From Octopus vulgaris (Eukaryota): a stretch of 64,000 nt of DNA. Location: the NCBI GenBank assembly GCA_951406725.2, contig OX597816.1, positions 21,886,001 through 21,950,000 on the forward strand, written 5' to 3'. Both the position numbers and the translations under genes were made by a program. Positions within the stretch are counted from its first letter, which is position 1; each line of letters begins with the position of its first letter. Positions 52,684 to 64,000 of the stretch are shown here, piece after piece. The notes under the pieces are model-generated. The model was not told where the DNA came from. It ran no database searches and saw only the letters and a program-made list of their open reading frames with translations.

Positions 52684-53340
52684 TTATAATAGGATTAGCT
52701 CGTATACGAGTAGGTATATATTTGTAAAAAATGAAGTTCGAAAATGCTGCTGTATTATACAATTTTTAATTTTTATATATACATTATAACATGTTTCAGT
52801 TCCTGAAATGAATCTTATCAAAAAAAAGTTATATATAAAAAAAGACAGCTCATGCCGTCAAACACAAGAAATTCATTTATAATACACAACGGAGTCAGAC
52901 GTCTTAGAGTTCATGTATAGTTGATATATAGTTCATGTATAGTTGATATATAGTTTGAAGTATATGTTCAAAGTGTTCGATGCAGTGGCCCACGGTGGCG
53001 ATACGTATTCAATACAAAAAACAGATCAAAGTGGTGGAAAGTGGTCAATACAGAAGATTGATGTTTCCGAAAGAGCGAGGAATTCATTTTTACCTTAAGC
53101 AATTGTGATGACCCATGGTGGAAGTTCGCTGGGTGGTTCGCCACCGTAACCTTATACTTCAAACTATATATCAACTATACATGCGAACTCTAAGACGTCT
53201 GACTCCGTTGATTATAAATGAATTCCCTTTGATATATAGTTCATTTCAGGAACTGAAACATGATATAATGTACTATATAAAAATTAAAAATATAATACAG
53301 CAGGTACAAATATATACCATCAACAACAATAGGGTTAATG

Positions 53341-53415
<75 letters not shown>

Positions 53416-53535
53416 AAAACTTGACCACTTACTGCGCCGTGACATCTTAATTGTTTCGATGGGAATTATACCTACTTACATACAAACATACGTATACATA
53501 TATTCCACACAAATAAACGCACACACATATAAACG

Positions 53536-53579
<44 letters not shown>

Positions 53580-53900
53580 CACACGATAGTGTATTCTGTT
53601 TACATAACGTATAAGACTTGATATTAGACCTTATCTAATTTGCATTATGTAATTGATAATCACCTTACACTAATGAAATGTATGCAAGATGTATTTATGT
53701 GTACTGTGTGTGTCTCTGTGTCTGTCTTTGTCCTTCCGACCATCGCTTGACAACCGATGTTGGTGTGTTTACGTCCCCGTAACTTAGTGGTTTAGCAAAC
53801 GAGATCGATAAAACAAGTTCCGGGCTTACAAAGAATAAGTCCTGGGGTCAACTAACTGAAACAAGAGAAGGAAAACGAAAAAAGAATATATATATATATA
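51857..53900. repeat. Local tandem duplication (51857-52690 versus 53310-53900)
   Basis: Unique text caacaatagggttaatgaact..ttactgcgccgtgacatc occurs twice; both family C tails share the same internal deletion. Confidence 0.85.
52713..53318. mobile_element. Fold-back element with imperfect inverted arms (Penelope-like)
   Basis: 52713-52953 is inverted at 53154-53318; degenerate hammerhead-like text on minus 52786-52821. Confidence 0.65.
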
Positions 53901-54820
53901 TATTTACACGCACACACACACACACACACACACACGCACATACACATATATATATATACACACAAATATATATGTGTATGTCTATATTTATACACGTGGT
54001 GCATAATGTATTTGCAACCTCTTAAGATGTGCTATGCGAGTATAATATATATGAAATACTACTTTGCTTTTAAATATACATATAACCATTCATCTAAGTT
54101 TCCTTCATAAACACATTAGGTTATTACCTGGGATGCATCGGTTCAGGATTAAAATGTTGTGCTGGAGGCTGGTCATACGTTGCAAGACATATCGCAGACA
54201 TGTTAAGCTATGTAGTTACCTCCCGTTATATTCTGATCTCACTGTGATCGACTCTGTATTTCATCCCAAAGAGGTTGACAAATGAAACAAGCGATCTTCA
54301 TTTCGGTCAGGTTAATTGATTACGCATAATCTTTACGAAATTGTCACTAATTTAGAAAGAAATATTTCACATATATGTGAAGAATTTTGATTAAATATTT
54401 AGCTGCTCCGCTTGCAGTCACAATACAATAACGAACTTTTATGCCTAAGCATATTTCCCAACGATAGAAACAGATAGAGAGAGGGTGATTAAGAGAGAAA
54501 GAGTTAGAGATGAATTGTGAGTGAGAGAGGTATTCATTCAGATGATAGGTTTATGTTACATCAGTTCGTGCAAGGAAGATTTAGATCCATCCGCAGTACG
54601 CTGAGTGGTTACTGTCGACATAAGAATGAGTATTTGAGCAAAAGTCGCGGGTCTGTTTACTGAAATACCCTCAGAAATACTGAGAAAATTACTGATTTAT
54701 AATATAACAAATGTTTCTGAGGTTTCTTTTGAGGACCTAGTTCCGTACATTGTTTCAAATTTATTATCACGATCGCCATTTTCAGCTTATAATTCGGTAT
54801 GATGGTAAATCACCAAGAAG

Positions 54821-54988
54821 GGCGTAGGAGTGGTTGTGTGGTAAGTAGCTTCCTTACAAACCACATGGTTCCGGGTTCTGTCCCACCGCGTGGCACCTTG
54901 GGCAAGTGTCTTCTATAGATTCGGGCCAACCAAAGTCTTGTGAATGGATTTGGTAGACGGAAACTGAAAGAAGCCCGTCGTATATATG

Positions 54989-55029
<41 letters not shown>

Positions 55030-55254
55030 TCGGGGGAAGTATGTGTTGTGTGTCTGTGTTTGTCCCCCGAACATCGCTTGACAACCGATGCTGATGTATT
55101 TACGTCCCCGTAACTTAGCGGTTCGGCAAAAGGGACTGATAGAATAAGTACTAGGCTTGCAAGGAATAAGTCCTGGGATCGATTTGCTCGACTAAAGGCG
55201 GTGCTCCAGCATGGCCACAGTCAAACGACTGAAACAAGTAAAAGAGTAAGAGTA
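54821..55254 (+). mobile_element. SINE family C, full length
   Basis: ggcgtaggagtgg..ggcaccttgggcaagtgtc..gaaacaagtaaaagagtaagagta. Confidence 0.92.
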
Positions 55255-56089
55255 AACTAAGTATTGACCCTTCTTCTCTGTGAGGCCCAATAACTTACAA
55301 CTGGACCTCATCCCTTTCCCTCATGGATTCCACGATTTTCCCTTAGCATGAACACTTTCTGCTTACATATTCTCTGGTGCATAACGCAAGTATATCGCGG
55401 GTAATAGTGTTAGATCAATTGGCATCTTTTCACAATATCTACGTAATCTGAGACAAAGGAGAATAAACTGGATCAGAGGAACTCAGTAGAAAATGTGCAG
55501 TAGTTGTAAACTCATGACATCGAAGCATATTGTGCAACACCTTTTACATCAATCATTTATCTTGTCTCTTTAATAAAAGAACTTCCTGGCAATGTCAAAG
55601 CCAGCCGAACAAACAGATATGGTTTTGGTTACTAGAGGGAATAGGGTTTGATTATCATCACCCAACAATGGCTGTACTTCTCTATAACAAATACAATTAC
55701 TTTTCACGTAAAGATACACCCTGAAGAAGCATGTCAATATGAGATCGACTGACCTCTAGAAATAACAGTTACATCTCATTCACATCGCACTCCTCTGCCT
55801 TAAAAACAAAATGACAATTGATTCAAATTTTGGCACAAGGCAAGCAATACGAGGAAATGGATTAGTCGATACAGTCACCTCATTACCTGACTATTACTTT
55901 AATTCATCGACCCTGACAATGAAAATGAAAAGTGGCATCAGCGACACTTGAACGCATGATATGAACAAAAAGAAGAAATGCCACTATGAATATTGTTCGA
56001 CGCGCTAGTGATTTTGGATGCTTGCCGCCTATGTCCTGGACCTAATATAAAAGACATCATAGTCAAACCTGAAACATATTTTATCAATT

Positions 56090-56604
56090 GTTTGACCCCC
56101 TTCAGTCATGAATGACCATGGGATTGCACCTAGAATGTTACCCACCGAGGCACAAGTTTTGGCAAGGTTATTTATGGAAGACCAGCAGTTGCCCATCGAT
56201 ACCAGCCTCCCCCTCCACGCCACCAGTGTTAATCCAAGGGAAATACAAAGGGGCCGATACAGTTTGTTACCAGTGACGTCGCAACTCATTTATTAACGTA
56301 CAAGTGGTTGAACACTCCACAGACACGTGTACCCTTAATGTATTTCTCGGGGAGATTCAGCGTGACACAGAGTGTGCCAAAGCTGGCCCTTTGAAATACA
56401 GGTACAACAGAAACAGGAAGAAAGAGTGAAAGAAAGTTGTGTTGAAAGAGTACAGCAGCGTTTACCACCACCCCCTGCCGGAGCCTCGTGAAGCTTTAGG
56501 TGTTTTCGCTCAATAAACACTCACAATGCTCGGTCTGGGGATCGAAACTGCGATCCTACGACCGCGAGTCCGCTACCCAAACCACTGCGCCATTGCGCCT
56601 CCAC
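56090..56604 (-). mobile_element. SINE family B with an RTE-like tail
   Basis: Head at 56604; after ~56292 it switches to ctgctggtcttccataaataaccttgcc..aatcccatggtcattcatgac; TSD ttttatcaat. Confidence 0.82.
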
Positions 56605-57084
56605 TGTTTTATCAATAATTCTACTGTATTAACAGAGCTACAGATCAATTGATAAAGGTGAGAGCAGCTACGAAAATATATGCCATTTGCTAGTATCTCT
56701 TTTTGTACAACACTAGAAGCAATGAACAATTAACATATGCGAAAACAGGTTTGTGAAACTTTCTGTAGGCTTGGAAATGTCAATAACAAATTATCATATT
56801 TTTCTAGTCTCCATTATCCCATCATCTAAGTAAACTTTAACTTGACATAGCACCTATGTCCTGGTTTGGTTTCAGTTTGTAAATAGTATTTCAAAGACTT
56901 TACTTAATAAAATATAAATACAAATATCATGAGAAAACTTCATAAGAAACTTCACAAGAAAGCTCCATAAACTTCATAAGAAAACTCCAAACGTATATTT
57001 GACGACGAGAATAAAGAAGCTTCAAGAAAACGGGAAATAATTCACTTCTAATTGTCGAAATCGAAGCAGATGAAACGAATATCG

Positions 57085-57435
57085 ATCCTTTCTACTATAA
57101 GCACACAGCCTGAAATTTGATGGGAGGGAGTTAGTCGATTACATTGACTCCCACTGCGTAACTGGTACGTATTTCATCGAACCGGAAAGAATGAATGGCA
57201 AAGTCGACTTCGGCGGAATTTGAACTCAGAACGTAAGGACGGACTAAATGTTGCGAAGCAATTTGCCCGGCGTGCTAATGATTCTAACAACTCGACGCCT
57301 AATAATCCTTTCTGCTATAGGCACAAGGCCTGAAATTAAGGGGGAGGAGACTAGTCGATTATATCGACCCAATGTTTCACTGGTACTTAATTTATCGACT
57401 CCGAAAGGATGGAAGGCAAAGTCGACCTCGGCGGA
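57085..57435 (-). mobile_element. Two adjacent SINE family A copies (tail B)
   Basis: Two cores with tail B. Confidence 0.85.
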
Positions 57436-58589
57436 TCGACACCTAATAATAACATCATATAAATATTGGTTTAAGCACACTTTTCGATAGAAAGAGATTA
57501 AAGTTGTTCGTTGATCTCGAAACCACATCTTCTGTGAACATGATGAACGTTCTACCATTTTTGATAAATGGAATTCTTCAAAATTCTTAAATAACCATTT
57601 ATTTACATGCAAGTTTTATAGTTTTATCTACTTCGAGTTCTACAATTAAAAACAAATTATTTTACATTTTCTCGAAGTTTCTAAATTCCTACTATCTAAA
57701 AGACATAGAATTCACCTTGATAATCACACAACCTTTAAAATGCAAAAAATTCGAAGGAGTCCTTTGGACCACTCTCAGACTGTTTATTAGGTTCACAGAA
57801 TATGTTGGTTTGAGTCCAACGGGTAGCCTTCGATTTTCTATCCAAAAAGCTTCTTAATGTTTAGCCTAATAGCTACATGCTATTATCAATATCTTCATTT
57901 CACCCGTTTTTATTTTCTGAGTCCAAGTTCCACCGATATCGAATCTGCCTTCCCTTATTTCCAAGTTGATGTAATCGACTAGCCTCCTCTCCCAATCTTT
58001 AAGGCCTTGTGCCTATATTAGAGAAGGTTTATCGATAGCTTTATCTACTTCTAGTTGTACAGTTAAAATAAATAATTTTTGATAAGAGAACGACTGTTAT
58101 CTTGCAATTCTGACATAGTTCCATTTTACCAAACATTGTATGATAAAATTCGACGTATATCTTGTGAGAGTTCCTTTTCTCCCCACATTTGAGTCCAGAC
58201 TGAAATAAAATTCTCCATTTCTTCTCAAAACTTTGTAGCACGAAACATTCTTGAAATATAGGCAAATATCACAAAGTTTAAGATAAAGAACGATTTTCTT
58301 TGCATATTAAACAAAACTAAGTCTGTCTTTAAGCTACAACCATTGAAGTATTCCTTATCTTCTGTAAGATTCTTTCAGTCGAACAAAGGAGAGATTATAT
58401 TTTCCAAAGCTGAGGATCATGAAACCAGGAAAGCTGAAAAAGAAAAAGAAAAGAAGAAAAGAGAAGAGATTCGCAATTCTATATGCTATTAATATACAGA
58501 CTTCCAGCTGTCAAAATAATGTTATAGAAACTTGGAGATTCTTTAAAAAGAACGTTAACAATAATAGTAGCAGTAAAAATATGAACAAC

Positions 58590-58590
58590 A

Positions 58591-58633
<43 letters not shown>

Positions 58634-58665
58634 TAATAATGATAATAATGATAATAATAATAATG

Positions 58666-58720
<55 letters not shown>

Positions 58721-58866
58721 AGAAGAAGAGGTAGAGAAGGGGGAGAAGGAGTAAGAAGAAGAAGAAGATGAGGAAGAGAAGGGGAGGAGGAGTAAGAAGC
58801 AGAAGAAGAAGAAAACGAGGAAGAGAAGGGTGAGGAGGAGTAAGAAGAAGAAGAAGAAGAAGAAGA
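58590..58866. repeat. (AAT)n plus (GAA/GGA)n low-complexity array
   Basis: Visible runs. Confidence 0.95.
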
Positions 58867-59893
58867 ACTATTTTCAAGGATATGATTCCGATTTATTACT
58901 GGTATGCATTTTGCGTTTCAAGAGATAGTCATCAAAAGTCGATTCTAAAGGAATTTGGAAGTGAAATAAAAATCGATCAAGTTCCATGGGTAAAGTTTTG
59001 ATCTAAACACTGCCGTCTCTATCAACACGCTAATAACAAGTACATGGTGAAGAATATATAATGGTTGGACACCAGTATTTGCCTGGTGTTGTATTTTATC
59101 GATCCTAAAAATAATGAAAGTCAAAATTGATCCCGTTGCGGTTTGAACAAAGAAAGAAAGAGATGGAAGGAATTTTAATAACAATAATGGCAACGTCAAC
59201 AACAAAATCTACCACAACAGGGGTGATACACATTATTTCAATAACAACCCTAACAAACATCTACATATATGGAAAAAGAAATAGACCAGTATCTTGTATA
59301 AATAAAACCAAATTTATTGCATTACAGCAGAACATACCAAGCGATTTTGTACAGGATTATAAAGAACTTGTGGTGAATTTAAGGTGATTATGTTACCGAA
59401 GATCATGTAAAGCAAACTTGAAATGCAGTACTCTATTAGCTGCTGAAGCCTACTAAAATCCATGCATCGTATTGTTCGCTTTCTTTCAAATTAACGTATA
59501 ACACTATACAGGAATGGTGTACTAAAGGATAACGACTAGGATGTTGGAGACGATTAACAACATGAAAATACATTGGATAAACAAATGTAGAATAAAGCAA
59601 ATAACTGCGCAGAGAAATATCTTAGGATTATTACGCCGCCGCACTGTAGCCATTATACTCTATCGCCATAGCAGAAATATAGGTAGACTACCATACAAAA
59701 CCTACAAACAAGTATGAACCATAGTAAAAACATCTACCTGAAAGGATTATCTGCTAGAAGGAGCAGAAATATCTCTCTCAAATCATAGTCTACTACCCTT
59801 AAAATGTACGATGTATCGAAGAGATTACCTGTGTTCAAATGACCGGTGAGCAACTACACAAATGTAGATTAGTAAATGCATACTGATGTAGAA

Positions 59894-60203
59894 TCACCTG
59901 ATCATGGGACCGACCAGACCATCAGATGTTGCTACACATCGCTGGTCACAATGCGTTCGCATTGTTTTAGACTTCGAATGATGCCACCCCGCTGGTTAAG
60001 CGAGCAGGTCAACAGAAGAAAGAGTGAGAGAAAGTTGTTGTGAAAGAGTACAGCATGGATCACCACCACTCCCTGCCGGAACCTCGTGGAGCTTTTAGGT
60101 GTTATCGTTCAATAAACACTCACAACGGCCGGTCTTGGAATCGAAACCGCGATCCTACGACCGCGAATCCGCTACCCTAATCACTGGGCCATTGCGCCCC
60201 CAC
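59894..60203 (-). mobile_element. SINE family B (tail 2)
   Basis: Matches 7589-7899. Confidence 0.9.
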
Positions 60204-60466
60204 ACTGATCTATAATATTCAATAAAAATATACATTAAAAAGAACTTCTTGAGCGTGGGGCTTATAAAGCTGTTTACCCGGTTTCTATAGCGAATAAACA
60301 AAATCCTAAAATTTACCCTGAATGAAACGCCGGACCGTTGCAGGATTGAAGGCCGGCATGTTGATTACATCGACAGCCATGCTTGACTGGTATTTATGTA
60401 TTCGACCGTGAAGCTATCAACTCAATGTTCACTTCGGTAGGATTTGAATTCAAAACGTGAAAATGC

Positions 60467-60721
60467 TACTCTCTTTACTCTCTCTTTACTCTTTTACTTG
60501 TTTCAGTCATTTGACTGTGGCCATGCTGGAGCACCGCCTTTTAGTCGACCAAATCGACCCCAGGACTTATTCTTTGGAAGCCTAGTACTTATTCTATCAG
60601 TCTTTTTTGCCGAACTGCTAAGTGACGGGGACGTAAACACACCAGCATCGGTTGTCAAGCAATGTTGGGGGGGGGGGGCAAACACAGACACACAAACACA
60701 TACACACACATACATTCACGT

Positions 60722-60765
<44 letters not shown>

Positions 60766-60923
60766 GGCGGGCTTCTTTCAGTTTCCGTCTACCAAATCCA
60801 CTGACAAGGACTTAGTCTGCCGAAGGCTATAGTAGAAAAACTTGCCCAAAGTGCCACGCAGTGGGACTGAACCCGGAACCATGTGATTCGTAAGCAAGCT
60901 ACTTACCATACGGCCACTCCTAC
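60467..60923 (-). mobile_element. SINE family C
   Basis: Reverse complement of the 54821 element. Confidence 0.92.
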
Positions 60924-62089
60924 AAGCAATTTCTCTGATGTACTGACGATTGACAGATCGCCGCCAAATAAAACCATAACAAACATGATTAAAACATGGA
61001 ATACAAAGTCTGTGAAAACTACACGAATGTACGTCACGCAAAGCTATACGATAACCTCGTACAAATAAATGATGTTAGCTCAAAGTAGTGAACCACAGGG
61101 AACACATGTATCCTCACAAATCGAGCTAAATAAATCAACAGAAGCAATACGCATAGGGAGAAAAATACAAGCCTTCACCTACAAGGAGAATATTACAATA
61201 GAAACGATCATACATGAAATGTCTAATCATCATATCTAAACAATATACTGACGCCGTGAAAAGACAAATAAAGCGATGACGGTGATCACAAACGACCCTA
61301 CGGAAATAACTATTCGAATATCCATCCAACCAAATATTCTCTTTCCCACATGCATAACATGAAAGAGACTAATAACGCTCATCACAATAAAAAGAGGAAT
61401 GTCAACGATGATGAAAATCTAACTAAATCAACATGGATAGAAGTAAACCTGATCCTAAGAAAATCAATTAATAGGAATCGACGAAAACAATTCCCCAAGC
61501 AACACATAAACACACTTTTTTTCGGCAAATAATCGAAGAATACAAACAAATATATGCATACCGCGTGGATAATTACAGAAGTATAAGGGGTCATGGAAAT
61601 GGAGTTGGGTAAGACCTGGAAATTGTTTCAATACCTTTCAAGAAATAATGGTTTTACGTAGAAGCAGATCCGTGCAACAGTATGCCAAACGACCTTAGGT
61701 ACTTAGGTGTTTATGGTGTGAAGGTGAATAGACTTAAACCACCGAAACTGGAATGGAAAGAAAATATATTATAGAAAATAGATAACAAGGATAAAGATGT
61801 CAACTGTTTCGTGAGAATATAAAAAAAAAAGGCAGAATTATAACACGAAGAAAGTGTAAAAGGTGACAATAACAACACCAAGGGAAATAGATAAACCAGG
61901 TATGTTAAAAAAAAAACGGATAGAGATCTTATTAGTGATAGATATATTAAAACAACTGATCCTGATAAAAATATGTGTCCTTCTTTCATAACACTTATAT
62001 GTGAAACAAATGATTAATGTTGGTTCTACTGGAAACTCATTTTCTAAAATAACATTTCATGATATACCAAAAGCTAAATGAATTCGCTT

Positions 62090-62690
62090 ACAGTGGGAAA
62101 TCGTATGAAAGGAAATATATACCCCTGTAATGATGCGCTATAGATAAAAATTGGAAGGGAGAACGGCAAAATCTTACAGAACTTTGAAATGTAAAACACG
62201 ATACGTTCAGAAGGATGTATTATTATAATTATCAAGAAATTGATGACAGCTGCTAAACGTAAAAACCCTCTGAATTGACACAGACACTGTTTCTTAGGTT
62301 ATCTAACCGACATGCTAGAATGTATGACAGCAGAATTTAAATAAGAAATAAAATGCCAGGATCAGCGAATAAATGACTGCCAGAATGGAACACTATCTTA
62401 ATTCAACAAAACAAAACGCATAGAAAAGGTATACAGATAATCCGCTGTAACGAGATTATGTAAAGCCCTGACATCTGTAATCTCAGGAAGACTAAGAGCT
62501 CATCTGGGAGATAAAATGCCTTAAAAGTAACAACTTAATATCTTATGATACAGCTATCATTTTCAAGTGTAGGAAGCAGGCTAGCATAAACAATGGGCTA
62601 TCGCAAAGTATTACACAGCGGCTTATTAAATGTACTTGTATCAAGTAAATATTGCTAAATTAGCATTCGTAAAGAACGTGATAAAGACAT
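62090..62690 (+). mobile_element. Very decayed non-LTR RT remnant (probably R4/Dong)
   Basis: Traces such as *LPEWNT, KALTSVISGRLRAHL and *QLNI follow the order of RT domains 1-3. Confidence 0.4.
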
Positions 62691-63221
62691 TTTTTTCTCT
62701 TGTTTAATAAAGAAACAACATTATACGATAAAGAGTTTCAGGTCTTACAGAATATTTTAATAAAAACAGACAAGTGAGTATTAATGTAAAGATAGCATTA
62801 AAAGAAATAGCATTAAAAAAAACAGTAATAAAAGACAGAAAATTCTCTTTATTCTGAATTTCTTGGAAATCCCACCTCATCCCCGCCGAACCTTCTCACT
62901 CGAGTGATATATGTTTCGGCGTCATGTATCATCGTAAGTTTGTTCAATCTGAGCTTGTATCGTTTGTTCCACATTTATTCCTTCGTATATATTTGTATGT
63001 AATATATTTTCCTCTGTATCAGCTAGATATGTTGTGGTAGGCTTAAGAATAATGCTTTCCCAAACTTTATTCGGAAATTTTTCAAAGTTTCAATCTTGTA
63101 GCGGTGACAAAATTGAATCTTGCATTCTTCACGCGTATAGAAACCGTCAACATTTGCTTTACATAAAACGTCTGCATTAATTTGAATTCTTTTGATTGCG
63201 AAGTCGGCTTTAGCATATTTA

Positions 63222-63548
63222 TTTATTTATTTATTCATTTATTTATGCTCACTTTTCAAGCCTAGCAAAGCTCATGGGCCTGGTTTCCCGGTTTATGTGG
63301 CGCATGTGTTTCCCCCAGCTGGACGGGAGGCCAGTCCATCGCAGCGATACCCAAGAAACAGGAAGAAAGAGTAAGAGAAAGTTGGTGCGAAAGAGTACAA
63401 CAAGGGTTGCCACCCCCACTGCCGGAGCCTCGTGGAGCTTTAGGTGTTTTCGCTCAATAAACACAGACAACACCCGGTCTGGGAATCGAAACGGCGATCC
63501 TCCGACCGTGAGTCCGCTGCCCTAACCACTGGGCCATTGCGCCTCCAC
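63222..63548 (-). mobile_element. SINE family B (tail 3)
   Basis: Same head; tail gctgcgatggactggcctcccgtccagc..aaaccgggaaacc..(AAAT)n; TSD ctttagcatattta. Confidence 0.9.
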
Positions 63549-63644
63549 TTTAGCATATTTAGTAACACAATTGTGCGTCGGTGAAGTTGTAGCTGCTTTA
63601 CAATTATAGTTTTATAGCAATTTTGAATATTTTGTTGCATTTAT

Positions 63645-63867
63645 GAGCTGGCAGAAACTTTAGCACACCGGGCGGAATGCATAGCCGTATTTCGTCTGCC
63701 GTTACGTTCTGAGTTCAAATTCCGCCGAGGTCGACTTTGCCTTTCATCCTTTCGGGGTCGATAAATAAAGTACCAGTTTCGCACTGGGTCGATGTAATCG
63801 ACTTAATCCCTTTGTCTGCCCTTGTTTGTCCCCTCTATGTTTAGCCCCTTGAGGGCAGTAAAGAAAT
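63645..63867 (+). mobile_element. SINE family A monomer
   Basis: Full head-core-tail. Confidence 0.9.
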
Positions 63868-64000
63868 ATATATGTACTATCTTTAGAGCAATGAATACTT
63901 GTAAGTAGTTTTGGGAGAGGTTCCTTTCTAGAAACGAAATTCTTCAGTATGTGATACAAAAAGATTGAATAACAACTTAGAAAATAAACAACTACAAGTA

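Noticed and set aside
58041-58400. Coding-looking minus-strand text (MENFISVWTQMWGEKELSQDIRRILSYNVW)
   Set aside because: Interrupted by stops; no family recognised.

Overview
AT-rich, repeat-saturated eukaryotic DNA. From the SINE families and microsatellite load it is most likely intergenic or intronic DNA of a coleoid cephalopod (Octopus-like); this is inferred, not tested. No host protein-coding gene can be supported, and nearly all ORFs in the track are translated microsatellites or SINEs. The one convincing long ORF (27006-28163) is the 3' part of an R4/Dong-clade REL-endonuclease retrotransposon inserted in a (TAA)n array. The window also holds three tRNA-derived SINE families (called A, B and C here), mariner and Tc1 remnants (one nested), a Tx1/L1-like LINE remnant, a non-autonomous Helitron, MITEs, a short LTR with a tRNA-Ser primer-binding site, and 5S and U6 pseudogene fragments. 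The most interesting item is a head-to-head palindromic element at 49829-50360. It combines a tRNA-like Pol III head, an (AAT)n spacer and a minimal Penelope-type hammerhead ribozyme in each arm. Further hammerhead or fold-back elements sit in (TA)n tracts, SINE multimers recur with identical junctions, one SINE head carries four different tails, and one SINE is split by an inverted templated insertion. All alignments were made by eye.
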